Assembly (NCBI RefSeq): GCF_963506605.1
Contig: NC_083282.1
Span: 49,042,001 to 49,106,000, forward strand
Length of the DNA stretch: 64,000 nucleotides
Direction of reading: 5' to 3'
Source: Zootoca vivipara
Lineage: Eukaryota
Shown in pieces: positions 48,777-60,929 of this stretch. How positions within the stretch are numbered: position 1 is the first letter of the stretch; each line of letters begins with the position of its first letter. The notes under the pieces were generated by a model. That model was not told the origin of the DNA, made no database searches, and saw nothing but the letters and a program-made list of their open reading frames with translations. The position numbers and the translations under genes were made by a program.

Positions 48777-49278
48777 GTCTTTAGCATCTGTTCCCCAGTT
48801 AGCTTTTCTGGATGTACCACAACATCACGTTTGTCTTATAACCTCCTTCATCCTGCTGTGATCAGTCCATATTATTAATCCCTAACACACACCCAGCTCA
48901 GCAAGGCTCATTTGTCTTCCTAGCAAAAACAGCATCTAATCACAAAGAATCCACTTTACCCCTCACAGAGCTACAATTCCCAGCACCCTTAAACTACAGT
49001 TCCCAGGATTGTTAGGGGGTGTAGTGTCTACATTGTATTGTACCCTTCTCCCTTGTGCCAGCCTTCCCCTCAGGTGTGACCAGCACCTCCTCTCTCAGTT
49101 CCTTCTCCATCATTCATCTGGAGAGGTAAAGATAGCCAGTTCTCCTTCCAGGCCCAAACGCACACACACAGTTTTGATATTACGCAGACCCTGTCCTCCA
49201 AACACCTCTTCCCTTCTGGTAAGCAGATATTGCTGTGTTTTTACTGTTTCAAAAACACACCAAATCAGTTTTAATCAG

Positions 49279-49731
49279 AAGTGACAATGGGACACAAAGG
49301 TGGAGAGCAAGTATAGTACCCGCTAAGGAAGAAAGGCAGTTAAAACATTCAAATATGCTGTGAACTGGCTGGTCTGAGGACCAGGATAAGAAAAAACGAA
49401 GATAATGAATACAAGGAGGAATGGACAATGTTTACTGACTATTTTAAGAACCAGTAGAAGCAAAAACATAGCTTAGCAGGTCTCGAGTAAATCCAGCAGA
49501 GTTGAAATAGAGTATTTAATAGATAACAAATTGGATGATTAAAAAGATGCGGATTAAGCGGAGTAGTAGAAAAGCAAAGGAACCAGGAAAAGGGTGGAAG
49601 GGAAGTCATATGGTATATTTATACTGCACATGCTGTATTTGGTACAACGTTGTAAGTGGGACAGGGGGGGGGGAGGGAGTTAAATATGCTCTCTGTTTTT
49701 GAAAATGCAAAAAAAAAGTGACAATGGGACA
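49279..49731 (+). mobile_element. 5'-truncated L1-type LINE with 16-bp TSD
   Basis: AAGTGACAATGGGACA at 49279-49294 and 49716-49731; A-tail; degenerate ORF2-like end RIRKNEDNEYKEEWTMFTDYF. Confidence 0.7.
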
Positions 49732-49734
49732 AAA

Positions 49735-49737
<3 letters not shown>

Positions 49738-49781
<44 letters not shown>
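49738..49781. repeat. (TG)n microsatellite
   Basis: Uninterrupted TG run. Confidence 0.95.
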
Positions 49782-49784
<3 letters not shown>

Positions 49785-49996
49785 CCATGGGGAGCAATGC
49801 CTTTCAAGCATTTTCAGTCCTATCAGAATTGTTGCTAAATCCAGTGTCAATGAAGCTCAGGAGTGAGTATACGACTTTCATTTAATCAAACAGTAGGGGT
49901 GTTTGGTTTTGCAATAGGCTGCAGCCTCATGTTTGTGCAGAATTGTCCCTCTGGCTAGAACCAATGAAAATATGTTGAACATTTCCTCTTTTACAG

Positions 49997-50113
49997 TATG
50001 AAAGAGAGCTGGTCTTGAAGGGCGAGCAAGATGGCCGGCCTGAGTTCATCCTCGTCAAAGAGAGCCTGAGGAAGATAAAGCTGTCGACAGAAACGGACAT
50101 CAGGCAGACATGA
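49997..50113 (+). CDS. FAM107-family gene exon 5 (stop); predicted total 156 aa
   Basis: YERELVLKGEQDGRPEFILVKESLRKIKLSTETDIRQT*; PEF-x-x-V-K-x-x-LR C-terminal FAM107 motif; acceptor TTTTACAG|. Confidence 0.9.
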   Translation, partial: YERELVLKGEQDGRPEFILVKESLRKIKLSTETDIRQT

Positions 50114-51147
50114 GAGCCAGGTGACCGCAAGTGCAGTTTCTATCCAAATGGCTCCTTGATGGAAGATCACACGGAGGAATCCTAAGATGCACCACAGCCT
50201 CCCCTTGCTGGCCTGCAGAGCCCCTGCTCAGCTTAACCTCAGGCACTGGGCAGCAGGAGAAAGTCGGAAGCAAGGACTAGCCCCGTGGTGGCTTTGGGTG
50301 GAGGCTGGCTGTCATTCAGCCATGACAGTTAAGGAAACATGGGGATGAAAGGGCAGATTGGAATCGGCAGAGGAGGCTGTGACTTGGCATGGCTGCCTTT
50401 TTAGTTTTTTAGTTTGCTGTTCAGTAATGCATCATTACAAAGAAAATACCTGTACTCTTCTTTTCATTTGTTTGTTTGTTTGTTTGTTTGTTTTGCATTC
50501 CAAGCCTTACTAGGCTCCCACCTGATCCAGGCCTCTCTTTTCTCTTTGTAAAAAAGTTGCTAATGCTCTTACCTGCTAGCTCCAGTGTCAAATTTTCTAT
50601 GCTTAGATTGAGATATAACCCACCATTAAAGCTAACTTTGGCATGGAGAAATGTGAATGGTCTGGTGGGGAGATGTATGTTTGCAACTGTATTAGGCTCA
50701 TGGATCTAATATACATGCCAGATAGTGTTTTCTGCTGGCCTCAATTTCCTACCTATGGAATTAAGGAAACTATTTCAAGTGTCTCACAGGTCACCATCCA
50801 GGAGAAAAGCATTAAGGATGGTGAGATACTCAAGTAGAGGCACAAATAGCAGGCGGATGAACTTGGGATGGTTTGAGATGGTGGGAAAGGGTTGGGAAGC
50901 TTCCTTAGCCTGACAAAGAGTTAGAAATGCAAGCTTAGCCTGGCAAAGAATAAAAAATGCAGGTGTGGAGGCAGGACTGGTTGTTTATCTTATCTGGAAG
51001 TACTGGTAAGAACCACAACGAAATTGCTAGCAGGAGGTGAGTTACAGTTCATGATGCTATTTGACTTGTTCATCTGGAGATGCTGCCATCAGTTGGTTTC
51101 AGCATACGTTACACTTATTGCTCTCCTTATTATTCATCATTTATATA

Positions 51148-51501
51148 CAGGTGAAACTCGGAAAATTGGAATATCGTCGAAAAGTGCATTTATTTCAGTA
51201 ATGCAACTTAAAAGGTGAAACCAATATATGAGATAGATGCATGACATGCAAAGCAAGACATGTCAAGCCTTTATTTGTTGTAATGATTTGTCGTTAGGCG
51301 GGTCAATTATAAATGGGATGTAATTAATGAAATGTAATAGCGATGTTTATTTTTGTATTGTTGTAACTATTTGTTTTATTACTGTGGAATTTTCAAAAGA
51401 AAGCATTTGTAAAAATTAAAAGTAAAATAAAAAATAGAAAAGTTGCATTGCTGAAATAAATGCACTTTTCGACGATATTCTAATTTTCCGAGTTTCACCT
51501 G
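51148..51501. mobile_element. Tc1-like MITE with about 60-bp TIRs
   Basis: CAGGTGAAACTCGGAAAATT..AATATCGTCGAAAAGTGCATTTATTTCAG..ATGCAACT mirrored at the right end; TA TSD. Confidence 0.88.
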
Positions 51502-52020
51502 TAGATCTCTCTTCGAGACAGGCTGCCCATGCACCTTTTCACACTCCTCTCTTTGAAGGCATCCACTGTTGGATGGGCTGGCCAGTCCAAGCCCAGTTTG
51601 AAGAGGCAAGCATACTTGGTACACTATGACCATTAAAACATTGCTGATGAAGAATTGTCGAAACAGGGCCCTGGTCCTGGGATTTTTTCACTGGAATTTA
51701 TTTTTATTGGCCTCACTATCATACTGGAATTGATTCCTATTTGAATTCATCATTACATAAATAAAGCCTTTTGAAGACTTACTTGAAATTCGTCTTCCTC
51801 CTGGCCCGAGTTCTTGCAATTTACTGTTTATTTCCAGTTTGAAGACAAAGCAGTGAAAGAAGAAAGAGGAGGGCGTTGAAGTTGCCCATCAACAGCCCCC
51901 AGGCAGCAAACTGAACAGGCGCACACAGGCCACCTGGCCACAGCCTTCCTCACTATGGTGGGCATTGTATTTCTATTTAAATGATAGGAATTATTTATAT
52001 ATTTACATAGGAAGCTGCCT

Positions 52021-52390
52021 TATAATAATTTATAATAATAAATTATTATTTATACCCCGCCCATCTGGCTGGGTTTCCCCAGCCACTCTGGGCGGCTTCC
52101 AACAGAAAGATTAAAATACACTAATTTCTTAAAGATTAAAAGCTTCCCTAAACAGGGCTGCCTTCAGATGTCCTCTAAAAGTCTGGTAGTTGTTTTTCTT
52201 TCTGACATCTGGTGGGAGGGCGTTCCACAGGGCGGATGCCACTACCAAGAAGGCCCTCTGTCTGGTTCGCTGTAACATGGCTTCTTGCAGCGAGGGAACC
52301 GCCAGAAGGCCCTCGGCACTGGACCTCAGTGTCCGGGCAGAACGATGGGGGTGGAGACGCTCCTTCAGGTATACTGGACCGAGGCCGTTT
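52021..52390 (-). mobile_element. L2-clade LINE 3' fragment
   Basis: Minus frame reads NGLGPVYLKERLHPHRSARTLRSSAEGLLAVPS...RAFLVVASALWNALPPDV, like the L2 ORF2 C-terminus, then 3' UTR and AAT tail. Confidence 0.8.
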
Positions 52391-53148
52391 ATGCTGAGTT
52401 TATGCTGAGTCAGGCTATGAGTCCCTCTATCCAGTATTGTCTACATTTACTGCCATCAACTCTCCAAGATTTCCGACGGAATCTTTAGCAGGCCTACCTG
52501 GAGAGATGTCAAGGATTGGACCTTGGACCTTTTGCATGCAAAGCAGATGCTCTACCACTAAGCTAAGGTTCTTCCCAAAAGGGAATGCAAATTAGCACAT
52601 GCAAATCTATCTTTGTCCTTTGGGGGGGGGGTGAAATTTCATCCACTTTGGCAATGTCTAAATGACCACCATACTTCTAGATGAGCTCAGAAAAAACATC
52701 TAGCCAAGGATCCAATATCTGGGGTGGGGCAAAGGGTATGCTCATGTATAGGAGGCACAGTGAACACCTATACCACACTTAAATCATGTACAGTGAGGTC
52801 ACACACACATTGGGGGGGGGGAGATTTCCCAGCTTTAGTTGTGGAAATAACCAAAGGAAGTGCCTGTCCTGAAGCAGAGCAGATGTGTTAGCCAACCTTA
52901 GCCCCACAGAACCATAATGAGCGGTGGGCATCAGTGGTTATCTGAATGGGCAGGAATGTAGGCCAAAGAGCCGATGTTGCCTTGCCCAGTGCTTCTTTCC
53001 TCATCTTAAGTATATTCTGCAGCTGGTACTGTTTGGTGATTTCCTTAAAAGGAAAACAAACCAGCCTCTCAGGAACATTTGTGTTCATTAAAGATGCTCT
53101 TTCAACCCTCCCATAGTACTATGGGAGGAAACCTGATGTTCCTAGTGG

Positions 53149-53540
53149 GTAAAGGTAAAAAAAAAGGTAAAGGACACCTGGACGGTTAAGTTCAGTCAAA
53201 GGCGACTATGGGGTTGTGGCGCTCATCTTGCTTTCAGGCCGAGCAAGCTGGTGTTTGTCCACAGACAGCTTTCTGGGTCATGTGGCCAGGAGGACTAAAC
53301 CGCTTCTGGCACAACGGAACACCGTGACAGAAACCAGAGTGCACAGAAACACTGTTTACCTTCCCACTGCAGCGGTACCTATTTATCTACTTGCACTGGC
53401 ATGCTTTCAAACTGCTAGGTTGGCAGGAGCTGGGACAGAACAACGGGAGCTCACTCCGTTGCAGGGATTCAAACCACTGGCCTTCCGACCAGCAAGCCCA
53501 AGAGCCTCAGTGGTTTAGACCACAGCACCACCCGCGTCCC
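53149..53540 (-). mobile_element. Full-length Sauria SINE with 10-bp TSD
   Basis: TSD TTCCTAGTGG at 53139-53148 and 53543-53552. Confidence 0.92.
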
Positions 53541-54575
53541 TATTCCTAGTGGATAGTCAGCCTCAGACCTGTGTCCCACATCCAGTGGTGCCATCAAGGC
53601 AGGATTTGGGGACAGAAGTCCAGGGCCCTATTTCAACATAATGAGCAGGAAGCAGGAGAGGAAGCATGAAGGATTTGTGGGAAAACATAAGGTCTAGGAA
53701 ATAATTTTTTTCCCGGTGATTGCAGGCAACACTTATTTTCTTCTTTTTATTCATTAAATTTCTATACTGCCTGTCATCTGAGGATCACAGGGCGGTTGAC
53801 AATATAAAAGCACAAAACACATACCATAGTAACAAAGAAAAGGAATAAACCCGCCCCTGCATACTTTAAAAAGCCATCAATTGTTTAATTAGCCAAAAGC
53901 TTGGGTTTTTTCCTGGCGCCTAATTTTGCACTAGCAATTTAATAGCTTTGAGAGCTCAGGTGGAAACCCTATTGAAAAATAAAGCAGTACAGTAGTGCTA
54001 AAGAGCAGAGCTTGACATTATACTCTGTGTGAAGACAAACAATTTTGTATATGCTGATCATTTCGTTTAAGAATCACTTCACATGAGGCATCCAGAAAAC
54101 AATTTGCTATTTACAGTAATAAAAAACATATATAAAACTATATATCCAAATCCATTATACTAACATCTCCATCTAAAAGGCCTGTTTTATGCATGCTTAT
54201 GGCCAGTAATTCATCTCACTAAAATAAAATCAAAATCAAAATTCTGCAACGAAAAAAGCAGTTGTCATTGAGTTTGCACATCGTGGCACACTCCACCTCA
54301 CCACTGAGTGCATATGTGCCCCTGGCCACACCCAGGAATGCCAATACCCACTTTTTGCAATCTTGGGTTTCCAAAATTAGGCTGATCTGATACCTTCTAG
54401 CTTGGCCCCACCCTTAACTCTTCTTGAAAACAAAAGGAAGTTAAAAGCAACAAGAAAACAACTTCTCAATTTTTTTTTTAAAAAGAAAGACACCCAGCCT
54501 GATACAGATCAAAGTGCTTTGCCCAGCCTATGCAGTAGCAGCACTTAATACTCTTTGGTTGGTCCTTGCCAAGAG

Positions 54576-55697
54576 ATGGAACCTGCTCAGATGGTGACTG
54601 GATCATCGATGACTGAAACCTGGAGTGGCGATTTTGAGTCATCCACTATAGACAATTATGGTGACCTGGCGAATTATGACATTTGCCACCTGCAAGAACT
54701 ACCATTTGCCTATATTTTTATCCCCACCGTCTACTACATTACTTTCCTCATTGGTTTCTTTGGGAACCTCTTTGTGATCCTGTTGATGGCACGAAAGGAA
54801 GGCCGGAAGAGGCTCGTGGACACCTTTGTCCTCAACCTGGCCGTGGCTGACCTGGTCTTCGTATGCACTCTGCCTTTCTGGGCTGTATCAAAAGCTCTTG
54901 GTTACTGGTGCTTTGGCGAGGGGCTATGCAAGTTCAGTAGCTATGCCATCACTGTGAACCGTTGCTCTAGCATCTTGTTCCTGATGGGCATGAGTGTGGA
55001 ACGCTTCCTCGTGATGACCAAGCAGTGGGATTCCAGGACCGTCAGCACCAAGAAGAGCATAGCTATGAGCTGTGGTTGCATCTGGGTGTTCTCCCTTCTG
55101 TTGGGAATGCCATCTCTATTCTACAGAAAGTTGAACCTGGTGGATGACAGGTTTTTGTGCCATGACAAGCCCTCCCCCACCTTCAGCTTGATTATGCTCA
55201 TCTTGACCTTCCTCCTGCCTTTGGGAGTAATCTTGTTCTGCTATTGCTCTATCTTCTCCAAGCTTCGGAGCCATGTCCACCTAGGCAAGAGGAGAAACAA
55301 TGCCCTCAAGATCATCTTTGCCATCGTTGGAGCATTTATCTGTTCTTGGCTGCCCTTCAACGTGTTAAAGGTATTCTTCGTCTTCACCATGGCCCAGGAC
55401 ATCCATCCCCCCTGCTCAGCAATGATGGCTCTCACGTGGGGGCTGACCATCAGTGCTTGCCTGGCATTCGTAAACAGCTGTGTTAACCCTATCATCTATG
55501 TCTTTATGGATCAGCAATTCCGACAGCAGGCCCTGAAGCATTTCCCTGCTTTCTGCAGCAAAAGGGGAAATGTGCAAAGTTCAGCCCTGTCCTTTTCATC
55601 CACAGACACAAGCCTCCTATTTGCCAGCAGAAAGAAGCCCACACCAGCAACATCAGCTCGGGTAGGAGACCCAGAGAGCAAAGGGGTAGGTTTGTAA
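54576..55697 (+). CDS. GPR25: GPR25-like class A chemoattractant-type GPCR, intronless, 373 aa (orthologue vs paralogue unresolved)
   Basis: 7TM motifs GN, LAVAD, ERF (DRY), W4.50, SWLP, NPIIY. RLVDTFVLNLAVADLVFVCTLPFW and FGEGLCKFSSYA...RC...GMSVER resemble GPR25 most closely. First ATG at 54576 has Kozak GAGATGG. Confidence 0.82.
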   Translation: MEPAQMVTGSSMTETWSGDFESSTIDNYGDLANYDICHLQELPFAYIFIPTVYYITFLIGFFGNLFVILLMARKEGRKRLVDTFVLNLAVADLVFVCTLPFWAVSKALGYWCFGEGLCKFSSYAITVNRCSSILFLMGMSVERFLVMTKQWDSRTVSTKKSIAMSCGCIWVFSLLLGMPSLFYRKLNLVDDRFLCHDKPSPTFSLIMLILTFLLPLGVILFCYCSIFSKLRSHVHLGKRRNNALKIIFAIVGAFICSWLPFNVLKVFFVFTMAQDIHPPCSAMMALTWGLTISACLAFVNSCVNPIIYVFMDQQFRQQALKHFPAFCSKRGNVQSSALSFSSTDTSLLFASRKKPTPATSARVGDPESKGVGL

Positions 55698-58343
55698 GCC
55701 TTCAAGAGTGGTACTGTATAATGTTGGCTGGACTGCTGCAAAAAGCCAGCAAGATTTCTGAGCTACGCTATTTGGGGAAAGGAGGGCAGGGAGATGAGTT
55801 AGAAGCATGTACTAAGTATGTCAAAAGAATGGGTATAAAGATTCTGTCCATTTGATGTAAATCACAGTAATATCAAGGAGGTAGAATTCAGTTATCCAAA
55901 CATGTATATCAAATGCATAAAATCAGCTCCCACTTATGTAAATTGCCTACCAATTGCTACTGCACAATAAGCAGGCAGATTTAACCTACCAGTATGTAAG
56001 ACTTCATAAAGTGATTTCAACTGTCTAAAATGGTGGTATTATAGATTTAAATAGTTGCAATTACAGTAATATATGCTGGTGAAAAGTGAATGCTTTTAGC
56101 TGTATGTACAGTTGCTTCCCATCTGCTTATCTCCCCATATCTAGATTTCATGTAGCTTTTACTAGTTTGATGAACAGCTGTTGATCCTTGGTTGAAAATA
56201 TGCTTAAATGAGTAGAGAAGGAAAATGAAAAAAGTTGTTGTGTAATTCTATAGCAAATATTCTTTGAAGCAATAATGTGAAAAAACACCTGCCAAAAAAG
56301 CAATAAACGTATGTTTAACTAAACCATAACTATGTATTTTATTTTACTTTAAATGTTCTGTTACCATGATGAAGCTGTTCCAATTTTGTTTTCCAAACAG
56401 TTTTGTTTCCATGAAGTCTGGGTTTCTTACAGTAAGCTTTCTTAATTTTGATTAAGAAATATATAACTCTACGTATTTGTGTTAAGGTTCTTCCTTAACC
56501 AAAAGCAGGAGGACAATATTACCACAGTGGACAGCTGCTGGGGGTCACATTTCAGAGAGGGCAAGGCTAGTCCCACATGCAATACACGTTTTTCACACAT
56601 ATATACGCATACACCTATTTCCTATTGAAACAGAGGCCCATATTTAATTCTTAAGCTATATACCTTTAATGTACCTTTAAGGTATATTCAAAGCTCCCCC
56701 CACCCCAAGAATCCAGGGAACTGTAGTTAAAGGGTGCTGGGAACTGTAGCTCTGCTTGGGGTAAACTACAGTTCTCAGGATTCTTTGAGAGAATGTGCTT
56801 TGAATGTGCTCGAAATGTATTTAATATTCTTCTTCTTCTTCTTCTTGTTGTTATTAGTCATCACCATATACTGTACACAAGCATCTCATGGTGATGTACA
56901 ATTAAAACAGCAAAAAGTGTTTTAAAGCACCACAGATATATTTAAGAAACAATACAGTACAAAACAGGCACCCATGCCAGAGACCCATTCATCTAGCTGG
57001 GAAAGCCCATCAGACAAAAAGGTCTTCAGTTGTTTCTGGGAAGTGCAAAGAATAGGTGTCCGACATATCTCATACTATTCTGAAGAACAGAGGCAGCTGC
57101 ACCCAATTTGCTGCTTCCAGTTACCGTGGAACAGACTTCTGACATCTTTGGAACCTGCAGAAGCTCTGCTGCAGACCTCATTGACTTACTAGGTATATAA
57201 GGGATAATAAGGGCGTCTCTCAGGTTGCCTGGTCCTGAGCTGTACAGGCCTTATATGAGATAACTCATTTCATGTTATGGTGTAACTCCACTCGCCTTTT
57301 CCTAACAGACTTTAAAAATAAAACAATAAAACATGTTTTTTTAAAATATAAGGGGAGAAAGCTCTTCAACTCTGGCACAATTCCCAGCAGCTTTAACAAA
57401 CTACAGTTCCCAGGATTCTTTGGGGGCAGATACGCTTTAAATGTACTGTGCGGCTGCAGCCAAGTTAAAAAAAACAAAACACACACAGCAAGTTTCTATT
57501 GCCAAAAAAGAAAAAGAAATGACTGGGTTAGGGGTGTGGGAGAATGCCTCTTCTTAGACCTGCATTGACTAATTATGAAACACAATCTTTCACAGAGACT
57601 TTGATTTTTTTTTAACAGGTTCATCATAAGGTTTGCTGAAACTCAGGTTCTTAAAATTTAGCTCCGAGGCTAAATGCACTTAGAGAACAGAACTAGCCCG
57701 AATCACTGCTTGTTGGTTGCAATGCAATGATCTGTCGAAAATCTATTACTGTATGCAACAATCCATTTCAGCTTTGTTGTTTGCATTAAAATAAAGCTGC
57801 AATCCTAAGCATTTTTACTTGAAAGTTACGGAAACTCTACAAAAATCAGAAACATTTACTTCAGAGTAGATATGTTCAGGATAGTAACATTAATGTAAAA
57901 TATTTTCCCTTAAGAAATCTGAAACCCACGCATTTTTCAACCTCTGTGGCTTTTCTGGTAGCGATGATCCCACTACTACATCAAAGAGAATATACGCTTG
58001 ACGACCCTCTTTTGTTTTTTCTATAACAAACACGGCCACCCACCTTAAATTTAGGAGAAGCACATATCTTTAACGGGACGGCGAGGGGGGGGACCCAAAA
58101 AAGAATTAGAAAAAACTCAAATATGGATAGGGTTTTTCTTTTTCTTTTTTAAAGGAATGAATAATTTCGAGGAGAAAAGCCCTGGCACATTTTACTGCAG
58201 CAGTGTGGACGCTTTGATATGCCAGACAGGAAGCATCCTGGGAGAAAGGAATCCTCGGCATAGCTGATTCTGCGCGGGGACATGTCCTGCCTTCAAAATC
58301 TCAAAGCCCAGGGGGCAGATCCACAACACCATACATTTAGAAC

Positions 58344-58509
58344 CAGTGCTTTTTTTCTTTTAAAAAAATGTTTAGGGGTACTCGAGAAAATCAGCATTTT
58401 ATTGTTCAAATCGGGGAAAATAAATACAGTAAATGAACAAAAGTACAAAGATTCACAAAATGTCTAAGGGTATGCTTACCCCTGCGCAACCCCAGGGGAA
58501 AAAGCACTG
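58344..58509. mobile_element. hAT (Ac-type target) MITE
   Basis: CAGTGCTTTTT / AAAAAGCACTG TIRs; perfect 8-bp TSD TTTAGAAC. Confidence 0.85.
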
Positions 58510-60586
58510 TTTAGAACACATTCAAGGCTTAGTTCACCAGCACTTTTTCAGAAAGAGGAGAATTTTTTTAGGGAAGATATGACCAGTGCTCTGTATAAAC
58601 AAAGCTCCTGAGATATTCCCACCCTGTCTGAAGCCTAATCTATTATCTTCTGATTTTGAGCATCTGCAAGAACAGGCAGCGTTATTCCATGAGATGCCAA
58701 GGTATGAATGAGCCCAGTCTCAAGTTTCGGAAGTTTGCTAAAATAGTATGATATTGATCTAAAAACTTATATCCTGCTCCCCCCCAAAAAATTTTTTTAG
58801 AAACTCTAAGCATATTGCAATAAAATAAAACCCCACAAAATACATTGACAACCACCAGAAAATATCAACATCGTAAGAACAGAAATCCAAAATTGACAAA
58901 ACTAACAAACAACTCAACACCCAGGAAAAACAAAGCGAGGGCAAAGAGAAAGGAATACAATTTAACATAGTCATAATAAGTGGAGAAATGTTTTTCAGCT
59001 GAAGGCCTTCCTACATACTCAGATTTGGGCCAAATCCCTAAACCCGAAAAACATCAAGGCTTGATGAATTTCAACAGGAAGCAGACTCCATGGGCTGCGC
59101 CATCATAGAGAAGGCATTATTTGTAACTGCTTGGCTGGTCCTCAAACAGCCACTCTCTGCCCCCTCTGTGTTATCAGCTTTGTTGCCCTCCACACATTGG
59201 GGTTGGACTTCTGCAGCAGGGAGCTTCCATACTCATGTTGGTAAATCATGTAGGAATCCCACATGAGCAGAGAAAAGGTCCTGATGCAGAAGTTGGGCCC
59301 CAATGCAGGCTGTAACAGTGATGTGACAGAGAGAGGTGAGGCCAGGGTGTGCATCTCCCTTGTACAACTGGAACGCCTGAATAGGCAGTGCTGGCACAAC
59401 ACCTTTTCCTGCCTGAAGCAAAAGACAGGATGGCACCCACTTTGTGTTCTGTGCACAGAAGGTAACCAGACTGCCAGCTGAATCTTATGTCAACACTGGT
59501 GATAGGGCAGCACCTGAGAGTAGCAGGCTAATTTAGAAGAAATTAGGATTACCTTAGGAAAAAATAGGATAGGCCATGTGGCACATGCCACTCTGTCCTC
59601 CAACATCCTACCACTGCTCCTTGCCCTGCAGCACCTGAACCATCTCACCCTGCCCAATGGTAGAACTGGCCTGTGAATAGGTCTAGAATTGTACTTGGAA
59701 CAAGCAGAAAGAAACCAAGAAATACAGTACGTTTAAAACGAATCAACACAGACCACAAAAAATTATTTGGCAGTTATCCTGTATTTGGATCACCTTATCA
59801 GGTTTACAATTCTGCAGTTTCTCAGTTCTAAAAGGGTAACATTCATTCATGTTAGCTATACTGTATACCAGCAGCATCAAATGACAGAAGGTCCTCCAGA
59901 GGACTTGTCTACTGAGTATTCCCTTGATTTGCTTACACAAAGTTTATATGGAGTTTAGATTACGGTACACCTGATCTTTATTCGGCATTTGTTCTGATTT
60001 GTTTGCTGGGAGGTTGCATTTGTGTGGCAGTTATACATCTTCCCATTAATCATTCATTCATCTGACATTTCTCAGTGGGTTTCCCTGTTGCTTTCCTAAT
60101 TGCAAAAAAAAACCCATTTCTGTTCTTTTAAGTGGGTTTGAAGTGCTAGGACAAGAACACCTTAATCCTACAAACCTACATTTGCACTTGATTCCTTCCC
60201 ACAAAATACTGACCAATTTGGAGGTGACCAGAAAATGTATAAACACCCTGGGATGGTCTCTTGAGCTGAAACTGCTCATAAACCTGTTTTCTTCAGAGCA
60301 TTATGTGCTGAGGTGGGATGTAGGCTATTGCGGTCACAGTGAGTTGCAAATAACTGCACAGGCTCCCCCTCATCCACCACAGCTTTAGGCTGTCAGGTTG
60401 CACACCCAGTGGAAAAAAACAAGCATTTGGTCTGCAGCGTATTTGTGGGTTCAGAATAGTCAGAAATATGCAGCCATAATCCTACGCGAGTCTGCTCAGA
60501 AGTAATTCCCACTGAACTGAAAGGAACTTTCTCTCAATTCAGTGTGTTGATTGCAGCAGCCTTACATCCCAATCCAATGTATGCTT

Positions 60587-60929
60587 AAAGGTAAAGGAAA
60601 AGGGACCCCTGACCATTAGGTCCAGTCGTGACCAACTCTGGGGTTGCGGCGCTCATCTCGCGTTATTGGCCAAGGGAGCCGGCGTACAGCTTCCAGGTCA
60701 TGTGGCCAGCATGACAAAGCTGCTTCTGGCGAACCAGAGCAGCACACAGAAACGCCTTCCCGCTGTAGTGGTGCCTATTTATCTACTTGCACTTTGACAT
60801 GCTTTCGAACTGCAAGGTTGGCAGGAGCTGCGACCGAGCAACGGGAGCTCACCCCGTCACAGGGATTCGAACTGCTGACCTTATGATTGGCAAGCCCTGG
60901 GCTCTGTGGTTTAACCCATAGTGCCACCC
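60587..60929 (-). mobile_element. Sauria SINE
   Basis: Same core and tail as the other copies. Confidence 0.9.

Noticed and set aside
58278-58287. Perfect p53 half-site GGACATGTCC
   Set aside because: Single decamer with no second half-site; expected by chance.
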